Assembly (NCBI RefSeq): GCF_032062105.1
Contig: NW_026928671.1
Span: 124,001 to 188,000 of the forward strand
Direction of reading: 5' to 3'
DNA from: Saccostrea cucullata
Lineage: Eukaryota
DNA: 64,000 nucleotides
Of this stretch, positions 49,671-63,436 are shown piece after piece. The notes below the pieces were generated by a model that saw only the letters and a list, made by a program, of their open reading frames with translations, ran no database searches and was not told the DNA's origin. Every line of letters begins with the position of its first letter. Within the stretch, counting starts at the first letter, position 1. Both the position numbers and the translations under genes were made by a program.

Positions 49671-49959
49671 CTCTGATCATTATTTATCAGCCAGACATTC
49701 TACCTAAAATCATATCAATCAGAAATATATTGTGATGCAAGTCACTTAACAATTTATAACAAATTCAGTTTATAATAAAACAAAACTGTTTTTCAATAGC
49801 ACAATGCTATACATGTTTAATTATATTTTTATGCCTGGTAAGAGATGAAAATAAATTCATTATATACACTGTTTCATATGATATTGAAAAATAGAAAGAG
49901 GCCTATGGATGGTTTATTATTTAAATGTGGGAAAAAAGATGTGAACCTAGTATTTTTGA

Positions 49960-50305
49960 AGGAGAGGAGAAATGCATGAAGGAAACTATATGACTTGACC
50001 AGAATTTGAACCTAGGACCCCTGTATTTCTAGTCAGGTGCTTGACCAATGAGCTTCCTAGGTGCTATCCACAGTCAAAGCCTAATTTCTACATTCCATCA
50101 CATTATCTTTTGACTGTCCATGTTCCCTGTCAGGACTTATTTATTTACACACATCAGTAACCTAAATGAGGGCTAGGCCCTTCAAACTGGCCAACAAATG
50201 TAGTGAAAAAGAAAAAATGCACAAAGAAAATATAAAATAGACCTAGTTTTGAACCCAGGACCCCTTTATTTCTATCCAGGAGCTCTACCAATGAGCTATC
50301 CGCTA
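49960..50305 (-). repeat. Decayed tandem copies of the same tRNA-derived repeat
   Basis: GAACCTAGGACCCCTGTATTTCTAGTCAGGTGC and GAACCCAGGACCCCTTTATTTCTATCCAGGAGCTCTACCAATGAGCTATCC match the 41.9-kb unit with many substitutions. Confidence 0.7.
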
Positions 50306-50899
50306 TCTTAGTCCCCTTAGAAGGTCCCTTATACCCAGGCTAATATAATTATTCATGGTCCGTTATGGCCTGAAATTTTATACAAATGTTATCTGCAATT
50401 CTATAGCAGGACAGCAGCTGATCGAGACTGAGCTCTGGTAGAAAAGTCTATATTTAATTTGCTGATAGTATTACAATGCAGTGATATTAACAGTTTTGAA
50501 GCAATACAAATTGTTCCTTATAAAGTTATAGGTAGAAAGTATGTATATATTATAATATAGATTTGTCCTGCACTTGGCTTTTAAAATGATTTGCATCTTA
50601 CCAAGTTTTCACAATGCACGTAAAACTAAATAAGTATAAACTTATAGAAACTTCAGATGACATGTCATATATTTTTCTTAAATATCAAACAACAACCCAT
50701 GCATCATGGCACCTGGCATGAATGCATCTCGTGGTAGGATGCAGCATAAACATCGGCATTCTAAATATACCTTTCATGTACCTTCAACTTGATTGTTCGG
50801 TGCATATAAACAATATTCAACAACTATATATCTTATATACATAAAAACATACCATTAAACCTTATTTAAATACAAAAGTTGAAACATTTTCAGCAGCGT

Positions 50900-51147
50900 T
50901 TTAAACCTACAGGCGGGTACAGTCACGTGACAAAAACTTCCGGTTAATAGAAAAGTCAACCTTTACGTGTTCTTATTCCGGATACAGAAAGAAAAAAATC
51001 ATTTTGTGTTTTATTTACAAAGCATGAAATCTATATATTAAAATAGAAATCTGCTAAGATAATCTTCTTTCATTTGGACAACGTTTTGCCTTCAATTGAT
51101 TGTGAAATACGAATCATTCTTGGAACGATTCTTACATTTCTTCAAAC
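50900..51147. promoter_or_regulatory. Shared divergent promoter of G2E3-like gene and CCS
   Basis: A palindromic GTCACGTGAC (E-box/CLEAR-type) lies at 50922-50931 and ACTTCCGG (ETS/GABP) at 50936-50943. A minus-strand donor-like GTAGGT near 50910 would fit a non-coding first exon of the G2E3-like gene. CCS starts in an AACATGGC context. Confidence 0.65.
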
Positions 51148-54100
51148 ATGGCAGCCTCCAGGGAAGACAGTGCTGTGGTAAATTTTGTTTGTTGTTATCT
51201 TATAATAAAGTGGCAGTGACAATATCTGTCTTATTTCTTTGATATGCTATGATTCTTAGATAATCTGTTTGCTTTATCATTTCGTGTGTAACTGATTGTT
51301 TTTAGGCCAGGTAAAATTCATCTTTAGATTCTCATCCTAATTTGCTAAAAAATTGGGGCGGGTGGGCGGATTTTATTTTTTATTTTTTATAAATGTTAAA
51401 TTGAAAGTATTAACAAAACATGAACTTAATTTTCGTACACATTTTTCTTATCATTATATTATATAATAATGCCAATATGAATAGATGTTATTCTTTTCCT
51501 ATTCTTTTAAATATTTAAAGAAGGTGCTTGCTTTTAAAAATTAAATATTCGTTGTTAATCAACAAACTATCAAGTACACATTATACGGCAGACGCCAAAC
51601 AAAATGAGGTGGGGATACTAAATAAAATGTATGTGCATGACTTCTCATCCGCCTTTCCCCAGATACCTTTAAGTTTTACCAACAAATCCATCTGTTTTCT
51701 GTAAAATATCATAGATTTCCACCTTCCTAAAAAATTTTATCGTTCTTAACACTTGTCGTGTTCGACATTAAAATAGGTTAAATATTTGCAAAATCTATAA
51801 AATATGCTAATAAAATATTGTAGTAAAAAACCAAGGCCTGAATAGTTTGAAGACTTAATATTTCCTTGTCACTCAATATTTTTTAAAGTCTGCCTACGAT
51901 GTTTTTTTTTCCAAAGCAAAATCACACAGATCTGGAGATCATTATAACTTGACCAGGTGTCATTTTCCTCGTCTATTTTAACTTAGTTAAAATCTCTCTA
52001 AAACTAGCTCATACCAGTGATAGTATCTACATGTAGATGTGTTTATGCTATTTTTCCTTCTAAACCTTCTCTATACTGACAAATTATCTTTTCCTTACAT
52101 GTTTAAACTGCTTTTAATGCCGATTTTTCTCCATTCTTCACATGGCTCTTTTGCTATAAATAGCGACACGCGACTTGTATTACAGACGGGAGATAACTCT
52201 CAAACTCTGACCCAAATTCTTGCTGAATAAAAAATACATGAAAATACGTTATTAACTCAAAAAAATGAAAATAAAAAACACCGGGGCGGGGCATTTTGAG
52301 AGGGGCGGGCGGGGATGAGAATCTAAATATTAATTTTATCTGGCCTTATGTACATTTTTTTATTGAACTGCTCAGCTTTTACTTTTTGTATGGGTCAGTA
52401 TCTAGGATGTTAGGCCTAAAACTAAATTGTATTTTTCATACAAACAGGATTAAAAAGATTGAAGTCAGAGAAGACTAGAGAATAAATATCAAAGTACAGC
52501 CCAGAGTCAATGTCAATAATGACATTGGATATATACCGAGACCAAATTAAATATTGATAAAAGTTATTATCTTAAACATTAACGTGCATATGTACCAGAT
52601 TTAACTTCTTAAGTTCCTATATTATGATAGTTTTTGAAAATAACATCATATTGAGGTTTTGTTTTCTACAGATGGAGTTTGCTGTGAATATGACATGTGA
52701 GGGCTGTGTTAAATCTGTGAAAAATTCACTTCTTGATGTAAATGGTATCTATCAAATTATTACCATGCATGCTTTGAAGAATGAAATTGTATTTTCAACT
52801 TGTGAAACTATTGAAAATTGAAATCAATCTGCCAGTTTAAGAGTGAAAATGTAAGAGCAAAAATACTTAAATGATTAGAGCTAAAAGAAAGAAGATTAAA
52901 TCTTGAGTGCAATAATGTGGATTCAGTACGGATTGGAGAAAATGAATATTCAGTTTTTACTAGGGCATAGTATTTTTCAAGTTCCTCTTTTCTTTCAGGT
53001 GTAAAGTCAGTTGAGGTGAACTTGGCAACAGACCAGGTAATTGTTGAAAGTACTTTGACCTCTAATCAGATCCAAGCATTGATAGAAAAGACCGGGAAAA
53101 AGGCAGTTCTTCAGGGGTATGGATCACTGAATAGTGAGTTCAGTCTCTGTTTTATAGGGCCTATAACTTTAACAATAAATCACAATATATAAGCTCTTTA
53201 CTTCATCAGATATGCTATATAAGTTTCAAGACTTAAAGTATTGAAAAAAGTCTTCTTTTTTTAATTAGAGACCCCTGTTGAGTCAGGTGTGGTTCAATTA
53301 AACACTGGTGATGACAGAATCCAGGGAGTCATACGAATGGTCCAATCAAATTCATCCAATTGCATCATAGATGGCACTATTGATGGTCTACCGCATGGGA
53401 AACACAGACTTTTTATACATGAACTCGGGGATATTTCCCAAGGATGTGACAGGTTCGTGTATGCTTATATATGATGGTATATTTACTGGGTAGTTGTACA
53501 TGTATGATTTATTATTATGAATTGATGTACCCAAATTTCTCCTTGTCGGGATGTGAAGTGAAACAAATGCTTGTATTCATTGCCATTCTGCATCTAAATT
53601 AAGTTTTTATATTTAAGACTTGGCCATTGTATGGAATATTTGTAGAAAATAATCATTTCAATATTGTGAAATTACTACAGTAATTTATTTTTTTTCATTT
53701 TGTAAGTGTTTGTACAAAATATATGAGAATTTTTGGTAATTGCCTCCCTTGAACAGAAGTAAAAATATATTGGAGAATGTAAATTGCTTTTTTTCAGTTG
53801 TGGAGAAATTCTTGGAAGACTGAGTCCTCAGACAGAAAAGGTACAGTCAATTTTAAGAATTGTCATCAAAACTTTTTAAACTTCTAATTTTGAAAAAAAC
53901 TACACATAAAAAAAAAATAGAGAATAGAAACTACTAATCTATCTGATATTTTCACACACAATATGTACATTATGTGATTCTTGCATATAAAACATTAAAT
54001 TTTATAGATACCTTGCAAGTTTTCTGAGTCAATTTTTTTAATAGAATTGAAAAAAGAACATTAAAAATGAGATAGGAATAAGAAAAATTCCTGACATATT

Positions 54101-55123
54101 TCATACTTTTCTTCATGTTATCGCTAAAGAAAATCATTATCGAACTGGCATGATAGCAATTTTTCTTAGAACAAAACCCTCAAAAACCCTCTAGTTCATT
54201 TTACTCTGAATGAAACCCTTATACCGGTACATGTACTACCTTGTTCTTTTATTTGAAATTTGTATCCAAAACGCATCTCAAATTTGGCAGAATTCAGATG
54301 TTTCAAGCATAATGCTCAGTTGCAGTTTAAATCATTTATTGGTAATGTTTACCATTAATATAAAAAATGTTAACTCCTGTATTTCAGAGTGAAATGCATT
54401 TTCCTCTCATGTTGCTTAAATTTTTCTGCATTTATTTTTGCATTAACAGCCTGTAGGTGACCTAGGAGAAATTGAAGCTGCAGCTAATGGCCGGGCAGAT
54501 TTCAGATTGACCAGCAAAAGATTAAAAGTCTGGGAAGTCATTGGAAGATCTCTAGTTGTTCATCAAGAGACACCAGAAAGTTTAACTTCACAGATCCAGA
54601 AAAAGCAAGAGAAACTGCACTGGGATTAATTGAAATGTTACAAACACCTCTATATAGATGAAATGTTGTTGCCCTATGTTTAACATCTTTATTCACATGG
54701 ATGATTTAGAGTTTTATTTTTTTTTTTTACTAAATTAACCTGATACAAAAGTAGTCTTCATATAACATTTCTTCTTTCTTAATCCCTATTCTTAATTAGG
54801 AATCAAATATTTGTCCTCTGACAAACTATGCCAGTGCTCTAACTACTGAGCTATTGAACCCCAATATATTGACCGATCCTCACACACGCATGTGAACCCT
54901 GTATTAGGAAGAGAACAAACTAGTTTAAATGAAAAAAGGAATTTATCAGATAGCCCTAATAATTCAGAAAATCTCCTTTTTCAGACTTTCCTGTGGCATA
55001 ATTGCAAGATCAGCAGGACTCTTCCAGAATTCCGAGAAAAAAATCTGTTCATGTGATGGAGTGACAATCTGGGATGAAAGAAATGTTCCTGCTGCAGGCC
55101 ATACAAGGAAATCCAAAATATGA
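51148..55123 (+). CDS. CCS: Copper chaperone for superoxide dismutase
   Basis: Exons 51148-51177, 52672-52744, 52999-53133, 53269-53452, 53798-53840, 54450-54604 (GC donor) and 54985-55123. Domain I MEFAVNMTCEGCV (MxCxxC); SOD-like domain II (IDGTIDGL..G.H, GDLG, VWEVIGRSLVV, LSCGIIARSAGLFQN); domain III KKICSCDGVTIWDE (CxC). Confidence 0.95.
51305..52345. mobile_element. Non-autonomous DNA transposon with TTA TSD (Zator- or Harbinger-like) in CCS intron 1
   Basis: TTA|GGCCAGGTAAAATTCATCTTTAGATTCTCATCC ... GGATGAGAATCTAAATATTAATTTTATCTGGCC|TTA: a 33-bp TIR with subterminal GGGCGG repeats. Confidence 0.85.
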
Positions 55124-56068
55124 TTTTTGGGTCAAGGACAAATGTAAAAAAAAATGAGATTCAAGTGTCAAGGACACAAATCCAGGAAGAAGACAGTAAT
55201 GATGCCATATACACCATGATTATAGTTCTGTTGATTGATGTTTCACACTTAAGCATCTTCTGAAAATGCAGATACATTTTTGTCAACTCATACATCTTCA
55301 TGAAACATTTTAATGACAAGGTTAGAATTGCAGTTCTTCATCAATTTTGGTACGTTTTCACATCATCAAAACTTACTTCTCTATGGTACTTCATGTATGA
55401 AGAAATGCACCTCGGGTGAAGGTTGTTGGATGTGAGCCTATTGTTGTATTATATATATTAGATTGTAGCTTTAACTCAATTTAATTGAATTAAACATTGT
55501 TTTGTATTCCATTCCAATTGTAGCCAAAAAATAATACAATGTATTGATTTTTTGTCGTCGGCTTTATTATCATTAGAGGGGTGTATACAGACATCTCCCA
55601 AGCTTGTTGATTTTTAAATTATAAAATAAATACTTAAAACCATGAAGAAACTTTCTCTTTTATTCAGTTAAAGCATTTTCAATATGTATAAATATTGATG
55701 TTAGATATTAATAATTTTTAGCTGATGTGTAGAAATAAATATCTCTGTGTCGTCTATGAAAATATCCTGCTAAAAGTGAAGATTATCACAACTGTTGAGG
55801 TTACAGGACGGAATCCTCCCAATTTGTAAAAGAAGGCACAGGGCATTCTTTTTAAACTTTAAAAGTAGGCACTTATTAAGGTTGGCACAGGCTGAATAGC
55901 ACAAAAGGGTTGTAATGAAGGTCACATAATGCATTAATGTATTGCCATGCAAGTGAAATGTGTCTTTCAGTTTACAATTGTAGATTTGACACTGATCCCA
56001 ATTTTCCATATACTAAGTATATGTGTACAGTGCAGACTTGAGAACAGAAATAATTCCAGTGGAAACAT

Positions 56069-59000
56069 TCATGTTTCATTATCAGTCTTCTCTTGGTACT
56101 TTTTGATGTGTTCCTGAAGTTTCTCTTGATCAAAGAAATTTCTGTAAAAAAAAAAATGATGTATGCGAAATTTATAATAATGAAGATAATCAATGATTAC
56201 ACAATTATGATTTGAATATGGTAAAGAGCTTACCCGAAGTAGATTCTGCCATTCTCATTTCCTGGTTTCTGGTCAACAAGACGTTTGACAGCTTCCTCTA
56301 CCTTAGCTCTATCATAAGGTATAGCTAGTTCCTTAAAGTAAAGAAGGTTTTATCAATTATTATTTTTTCCCCAATATCTCTGATTTTAGCCTGGATTTTT
56401 GGTTATAATGGTCGTTTCTGAAATTGTGGTAAAGAACCTATATCCACCTTCCTTTTTATGCGTACCCTGTTTTTTTATTACAATCTGAATATCTACCTTT
56501 AATTTTAACAAGTTTCAGCTTCTTTTCATAACCTATTCCAAGATCAGCCAAAATTAAAATGCAGGATAAATATAAATATACACTACAATTTTATTTTTCC
56601 AGAAAATCTCAATCTTTAAAAAAAAAGGTATACATACCTCACAAGCGGCGAGAAATTGCTGAGGTTCAAGGGTCATAGAGTTGTCAGGGTCATAACGTTT
56701 AAGGATATCTAAGAGACGGAAGTCGTTGACCACTATGTGCTGGTCTAACACCATTATGGGGTCTTTTTTCCGGCGCGGATTTGGATCAATGGCGGGTTTG
56801 CCTAGATCTTCTGTCGTATTCCCAACTCTCAATATAGGTCCATGAGCAACTTTAAAATTGGGTCTTTTGGCTTTGATGTCTTCAATAATGCGCAGGAATT
56901 CAAATTCAACGGGGACATCCTGCAATGGGAAAATACAGCATTAAAGAATTACGGATGATTATAGAGCAAAAAGAGTCCATAGGCAATTGACTACATTTGT
57001 AAGCCAAGCACGCTTAAAATCTTAAGAATATATTGAAATTTAATTAAGCACAATATCACCTACAGTTAAGTCCAACTCTTCCATTTCACTGCTTTCACTT
57101 TCGTTTATAGCTTTTGCTAACGCTATTGCACCTGCCGTTGTAAGAAGGTTGTTACCCATCTGTAATTACAATGGAATAGTGTATGGTTAGGCGTTAGTCA
57201 TTTTTTTTAAAAGAAATAGCTTTTAATTTGTTCAACAACTTAAGACCGTACCTTGAGTATTCTGATATTGTCATTACTCATTATGGCTTTAGCCACTTTT
57301 ATGGCAACATCCGCACTTAGTCTGTTACCACTGATGTCAATTTCCTGGAGGGAGTTGTTGGTCATAAGAGCGTCAGCGATCGCCACGCCACCCTCTGGAC
57401 CAAAACCGTTCCATGCAAGACTGCATTTCTTTAACCTAACGTTTTCCTGTACAAAAAAAAAGCATGTATGACTTGGAACTTGGGAACTTTGGAAATACGA
57501 AGGTATATGCAACTGTCATATTTGAGAAGATGATCTTCAATGTAGAATACCTTGATTCCCTTGGCTACAGAGACAGCGCCCTTTTGTCGAAGACAATTCC
57601 AACTTAGATCCAAAACATCCAAGATGTCATTGGCACCTATTGGTATTATTTAAGATGTATTTACGTAATTATGTCTTTATGTTAAAAATTCTTTGGTTAT
57701 GTAAAATTTTGGCATGCTTTTGTCGGTATGGGTATTCTTTTTCAATAAGCATATATTTTTAACGACTTTGTCACTGCAAAATGATTTGATGAGGAACTGT
57801 GTTTTGCATTTACTGCAGAGATATGAGATAATCTACCGTACCTATTGCGGGACCCAAAATTTCCCCAGCTTGTTCATCAAAACGGTTATGACTCAAGTTC
57901 AGCACTTTAAGATATTTGTTTGTCTACAATGAAAAAGAGGACATAATTCTTAGAACCAGACCAACAATTCTAATAGTCTGTCTGACATGTCAGAAACATC
58001 GTATTGATCAATTAAATGCGAGAAGTGCATGTTAAATGAGATCATTAATGGAAAGGTTGAGCCCAAAGTGCAAGCAAAGGCTTTTCTACACCTGCTGCAA
58101 ACGGTGTCCAGAGTTACAAAATGATAAATTGCGCCATGAAAAAACACGGTGGCCTTGTAAATCTCGGGATTTAATAGACACTTGAACGACAGAAAGGTAT
58201 TTTTTGCTTATTGTTTGTTAAGAGATTTGATTTTTTTTTTCGTCCCATGAAGGTTAATAAAAACATCGGTACCTCGAGGGCCTGCGCTATCACTGCTGCC
58301 TCTACTGTGCCGAATCCATTGTCTGTAATAGTAAAATAGATTACAAGGTCACATATATGCAATTGTAAGAACACAACGCATCTGTGCGGCATGTAGACAT
58401 TTTGATTAACATGCGCCACCAACGTTCTACATTGTAATTTATTATCAACTTATAAGAATATCTCGGAAACCATTCTGACAATGTAGTTAGGTAGAATGGT
58501 GATTATCACCCTTTTTATTACATTGGAGCGTAAATGTCAAATACCAATTTATTTGCAAAACTCACCTGAAATATCCAACTTGCGAAGGCCTGCGTTAGTG
58601 CTTAACATTCTACATAAGCTCTCAGCACCAGTAAGTCCAAGTTTGTTGTCTGCAAGGCACTGTAAAAACGAAGTTTCTTTTTAATTTTGAAGAATAAACG
58701 TCAGAAATATTTAGTATTGATATTCAAACATTCTTGAGTGAGTGAAATTTACCACATCGGTGACGTAATCGTTTTCTTCGAGCATGCGCGCCACCGCTTC
58801 ACCACCTTCTCCCTCTATCCAATTCCCACGTAAGTCTAGTTTTTCTAACGTAATGGTATCCTAAAAAGCACAAGAATAATACATGTCATCAAAGTATATT
58901 GTGAAATAGAGACATTGAACAAATTGATCAAATGATTTTTGGATGAAGGTAAAAAAACAAAATAAATCGAATAGCTGTAAAAAAAAAAAAAAGGTGTACC

Positions 59001-62000
59001 TTTAACACTAGCGCAATTGCTCTTGCTGAGCTTGGTCCCAGTCCGTGGTATCTCATAGCTAGCTCCGTGTCCTGGATATGCCGCATAAAGTATGAGATTG
59101 GTACTAAACCAAGCTGATGGCATATTTTTGTGTAGTGAGATCGACCAGTTGTATCATGTACAAATGTCTCTTCTGAAATATTTTTTAAGAAAACATATAA
59201 TTCTCATCGCAATCCAAGTATTTTTTGCTAAAACAAAAGTTACATGAAAGAATTTATAATTTATCTTCGTTTTATTCAATTTTATGTATCTAAAGAAATT
59301 TATATTTTTGGTGCCGTGCCAGGATACATAGCTTACCTTCGATTTCAAGATCGGTATCATAGTCTTCCTCCTTGGGTTCGGCCTCTATTGGCTCCACTGC
59401 TACATGTTTAAGTTCCTCGCTTCCTTGAGACACCGAATCTTCCTCCTGCTCCACTTCAACCTCGAACTCTACCTCCTGATATTCTGTCGGCTTAATCTCA
59501 GTAATTAAAATGTTGTCTTCTTCATCCTTTTTGAACTCTTCTTCCTCGTTAAACACTAAAGGCGATGTGGTCTTTTCCCGCGTCGCAGGTGTCCTTACGA
59601 GGGTTGCACGTGCTGATTGAGATGGTATCCGAACATTTGGTGTCGACACTTCCCGAGTCAAGTCTGGCTCTATTTCGTATTCTTCGTCCGGCTCCTCAGG
59701 AACTGACTCCAGTGGGATCTGGTCAAGAAAGTGCAAATTCATTTCCGTTAAAATAAAAATGACTTCTGTATTCACTACTGTGATTGTCTGTGCATGGCGA
59801 ATATTGGTGTGTTTTTTTTCCGCTGCACTACAACCCCAATCCACCCTAAGAGGTGTTGAATTTAATAATATATGAAATTTCGTAAACCTTTAACCCGTAA
59901 AATTGATCAAAATAATCACAATAAACCTATTAAAACAAAAATTAAAATTTCGAAATTTTTTCCACACCAATTGCAAGTATACAGAACACGAGCATCAATT
60001 CCATTTACTAGAGATTCCGGATAAGAGTACCTTTGTCACTACAGAACGAGTGAATTTCTTCTTTTCATGCACTTTAACTATGGAACAGTGAATGGTATTG
60101 GCCATTGAAGGTAAAGCAAGTTTCCATTAACGCTTTTCTAATTAACAGGTACGACACCTCATCAGTTAGCACGCCATTTTCTTTTTCTGACAAGGGGAAA
60201 TTGCTGATGAGATTCCAGATGCCAATTCAAAATCAAGACAAACCAGCGACCATTAATGGACGAATTAATTTCATCAAAGATATTCGATAACAGTCCATTT
60301 TCTTACCATAATTGAATTGTGCTTACTGAAAAAGGTTAACAACGAAAAGTGATTGATCTAAAAAAAATCTATATACATGTAGTTTTTATACAGTTTTGAT
60401 AACAGGACATACACATGAAACCTCTGAAATTTCAGAGGTAGGATCAGATGTCTAGGGGGAGTAAACATCCCGTTTACCAGTCATGCCCGCCTTGAGCACT
60501 ATGTATAATGCAATGCTAGGTTATATCTGCCAACAAGGTCACTGTTACATACATAGAATCTGATGCCATGTATAATACAAAGACCTAACAAGTTTTAAAT
60601 GTCAGCCAAAATACGACATAATGATAGTTTATATTTGCTAACAAGATCATTATAACGATCTTAGAATTCAAGAAATGCTGACTTTAAAGAGGTTGTTGAT
60701 ATCCCCGTAACATCAATTTATCTATCAGTAGCTTACTCCATTTGAAAAAATAATCTTACTCGGAGCATCCTTATCTATTATAACAAGTAAAACAGCCAAA
60801 TATGAAAGACATGTAGCATGCACTGTGCTGTCGTAATTCAAGTTCAATGGGATGTTTCGAATCGACACTGTGTATGGAAGTAACTAATGTTGTTTGATAC
60901 TACGACGTTGATCTATCTAAATGATGAATTGAATGCCCCAGTAAGTATTATTTTTTTCTTATGAAGTCGTTATTGTCGAATAGAATTCATTTGATTATAA
61001 AAACAGGTCAGCTGATATAGGAGCACAATTGGTGTCCATCGGAATTCCATCAGTTTCTGGAAAACCTGGTCTCCGAAGACTACATAAATCTTTTTTTTAA
61101 TGAGAAACTCTAGTATCTTTTTAACATCAACTTAAGAGTACTTTGTATAAATTTAAAAACGACTTTTAACAAAATATTTTGGTCGATGAACAATCAGAAG
61201 TTACAAAAATTTCAGACTTCCATTTTTATTGAAGATTGTCGATGATATCAAAAAATCTAGTTTTCAAGTTCACAGTGAGAAATAGTAGCATAAAGTCGTA
61301 CGTTTTTATTTAACTGAGGTTCTATATTATTTGGATATATTTTATCTATACTTTTTCATAATTTATTTCTTGTATTTTGTGCAGTTGTCAAATATTTATA
61401 ACAAAAATTATCCCCATCAATGCACATACCTTTTATTTTCATACGAAAGAGATAGGGGTTAATACAGTATTTAAGTGCATCTTTCATCAGATTAGGCTTA
61501 AATGACCATACATAATTTTATACGTGTTCTTATCAATCCTTATCATGGTCATCAAGTTTAGTGAATCCCCATTTTAAAATTTGAACGTAAATAAATATAT
61601 ATACGTTATTTGTAAACAAACAATTTTAAAAAGCTTTTATCACCCTTAAAAGCTGCAACCTACAAAAGCTCTGTACGCCCATCGAACAGAATAATGTTAT
61701 TGAAGCTCTCAAAAATACTTTTATCACCACGCCAACGCATCCTATAAAGTCAACCTTGGATCTCCCTCAAATCTTGCTTCAAATTATCTATAGAACATAA
61801 ACATGGAAATTTCAATTGTTTCATGCCAGGGTCCCTATTTTAAGTTAACAGATCAAGGTCATTAAGTTTTTTTTTCTATCACTCATAAGCCAAATAACCG
61901 TATTGGATGTCAGTGTTCTTTTTATGTCTATTGTGTCGCCTACTTGTCTGATAAGGAACTCTGATATATATTTTTAAAACTTATTATTTCATAATCCAAT

Positions 62001-63436
62001 ACACCCAAATCAAGGTTTGATTTCATCGCAGAAGAACAACAAAGAGGGAATCAGGATTTTTAAAACTCGTGGTTTTGGATATAAAAAAAAGTCTTGTTAC
62101 TTTTAACTAAAATGCGAACAATACTTAGTCTAGTAACTGGTACAGAAGTACAAATATGGGAAAGGAGATCTTTCCATTTGAAAATTAAAAACTTCACTGT
62201 CTTCAGATTTGACCAATGCAATAGAAGCATGACGGTATGACGAATGGTTTAACATTAATAAATATTTTTTTGTAATGATATTTTAGGTCCATTTGTCAAA
62301 TATTGATATGTCAAAATTAATTTATCTTCGTTTAGATGCTTTATTTATAGTTATGCACTTAAAGGGTGAGAAAAGGTCATGGTTTTAAAATGATACTTTT
62401 GTTAAGATAATTTTAATTCGTCAAAGATTAATTAAGAAAACATTTTAACAGTGTGTTGTAATGCTTTATTCATTCACATTTGGTTAAATCGGATTAGAAT
62501 TTAAAGCAGATTTCTCTCTTTCAGTGTAATTATTTGTCTTAAAAGTATTGCTTCCGTTCAACCACGAAGTTTTCAAACCACATGGAGCAATAAACGCCAA
62601 AACAACACCATGCTAGAACTTTAATTGTGAAAAAAGGCGCAGCAAAAAAGGTGTTTAAAATACGTTTTGAAACACTGGCAACCCACCTCGATTCTTTTCA
62701 AGACCTTTGTTTAAATATTTATTTTATCGCTTGATCAAACTGACTTACTTTTGTAAAAGGAAAGCATTTATATACCCACAATGGAATGCAATGAATGATT
62801 TCTCCAAAACTCAATACACTGTACTATAAGAATGAATTACACTTTCTGGTACCACGTGTATGAATTTTATTCGAAAAAAAGAACTTTATCTAAAATAGAA
62901 CTTCCCTTTTACAAAAAAAAAAAAATGCTGCTTGAGTGCCAAAATTCCCGAAAACCTGGTGTTGCTATCGACACAAATGCATGTCCTCAACCCAAAACTA
63001 TAGCTTTTGGTATCTCTAACTGTTGCATGTAAACAAAAAATTAATTATGGTTGACAACTTATTATTTATATGCTGCCGTGAGTTATCACAAGCAGTTAAT
63101 CGAGAACCTTGTCGACCTAATGTATAGCAGGAGACGGGACCCATGTTTCGTGATAAGTCTGAATACGGCGTCAATTCTAACCCACTTCTTCGCATAAACA
63201 AAGAAGACCTTTGACATGGATTATGAAATCTTTGTCAAATCAACACCTTATATCTTGACAACGACCAAATCTTTGTTAATATTTAGAGATGTAAAGATAC
63301 GTCACGTGTGGATAAATGAACCAGAATAAAACGCATACGTGATGCGTATCCATGAATTGACAGAATCCGTTTTTTTTACCTGTGGAGTTTCCGATTGCGT
63401 TCCGGAGTCCTGCATTTTTTCACCTCCTCCGGTCAT
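56069..63436 (-). CDS. LRRC74A/B-like leucine-rich repeat protein (RI-like LRRs, acidic N-terminus, C-terminal EF-hand-like region)
   Basis: Exons 59337-59718, 59000-59172, 58753-58860, 58566-58659, 58273-58322, 57842-57923, 57551-57636, 57252-57446, 57064-57159, 56638-56919, 56234-56331 and 56069-56141, all phase-consistent. Motifs: YDTDLE, Y.KIC..LG.VP.SYF.R, YHGLGP, repeated L.L..N LRRs, YDPDNSMTL. The first coding exon is uncertain: 63380-63436 (MTGGGEKMQDSGTQSETPQ, phase 0) or an ATG-only exon ending at 60307. Confidence 0.85.
60415..61280 (-). mobile_element. Highly decayed Penelope-like retroelement RT fragment
   Basis: The minus strand at ~60990-61090 translates, with a frameshift and a stop, to IYVVFGDQVFQ..GIPMDTNCAPISADLFL*SNE. 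This resembles the PLE RT motif GIPMGTNCAPLLADLFLYSYE. Boundaries are approximate. Confidence 0.6.
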
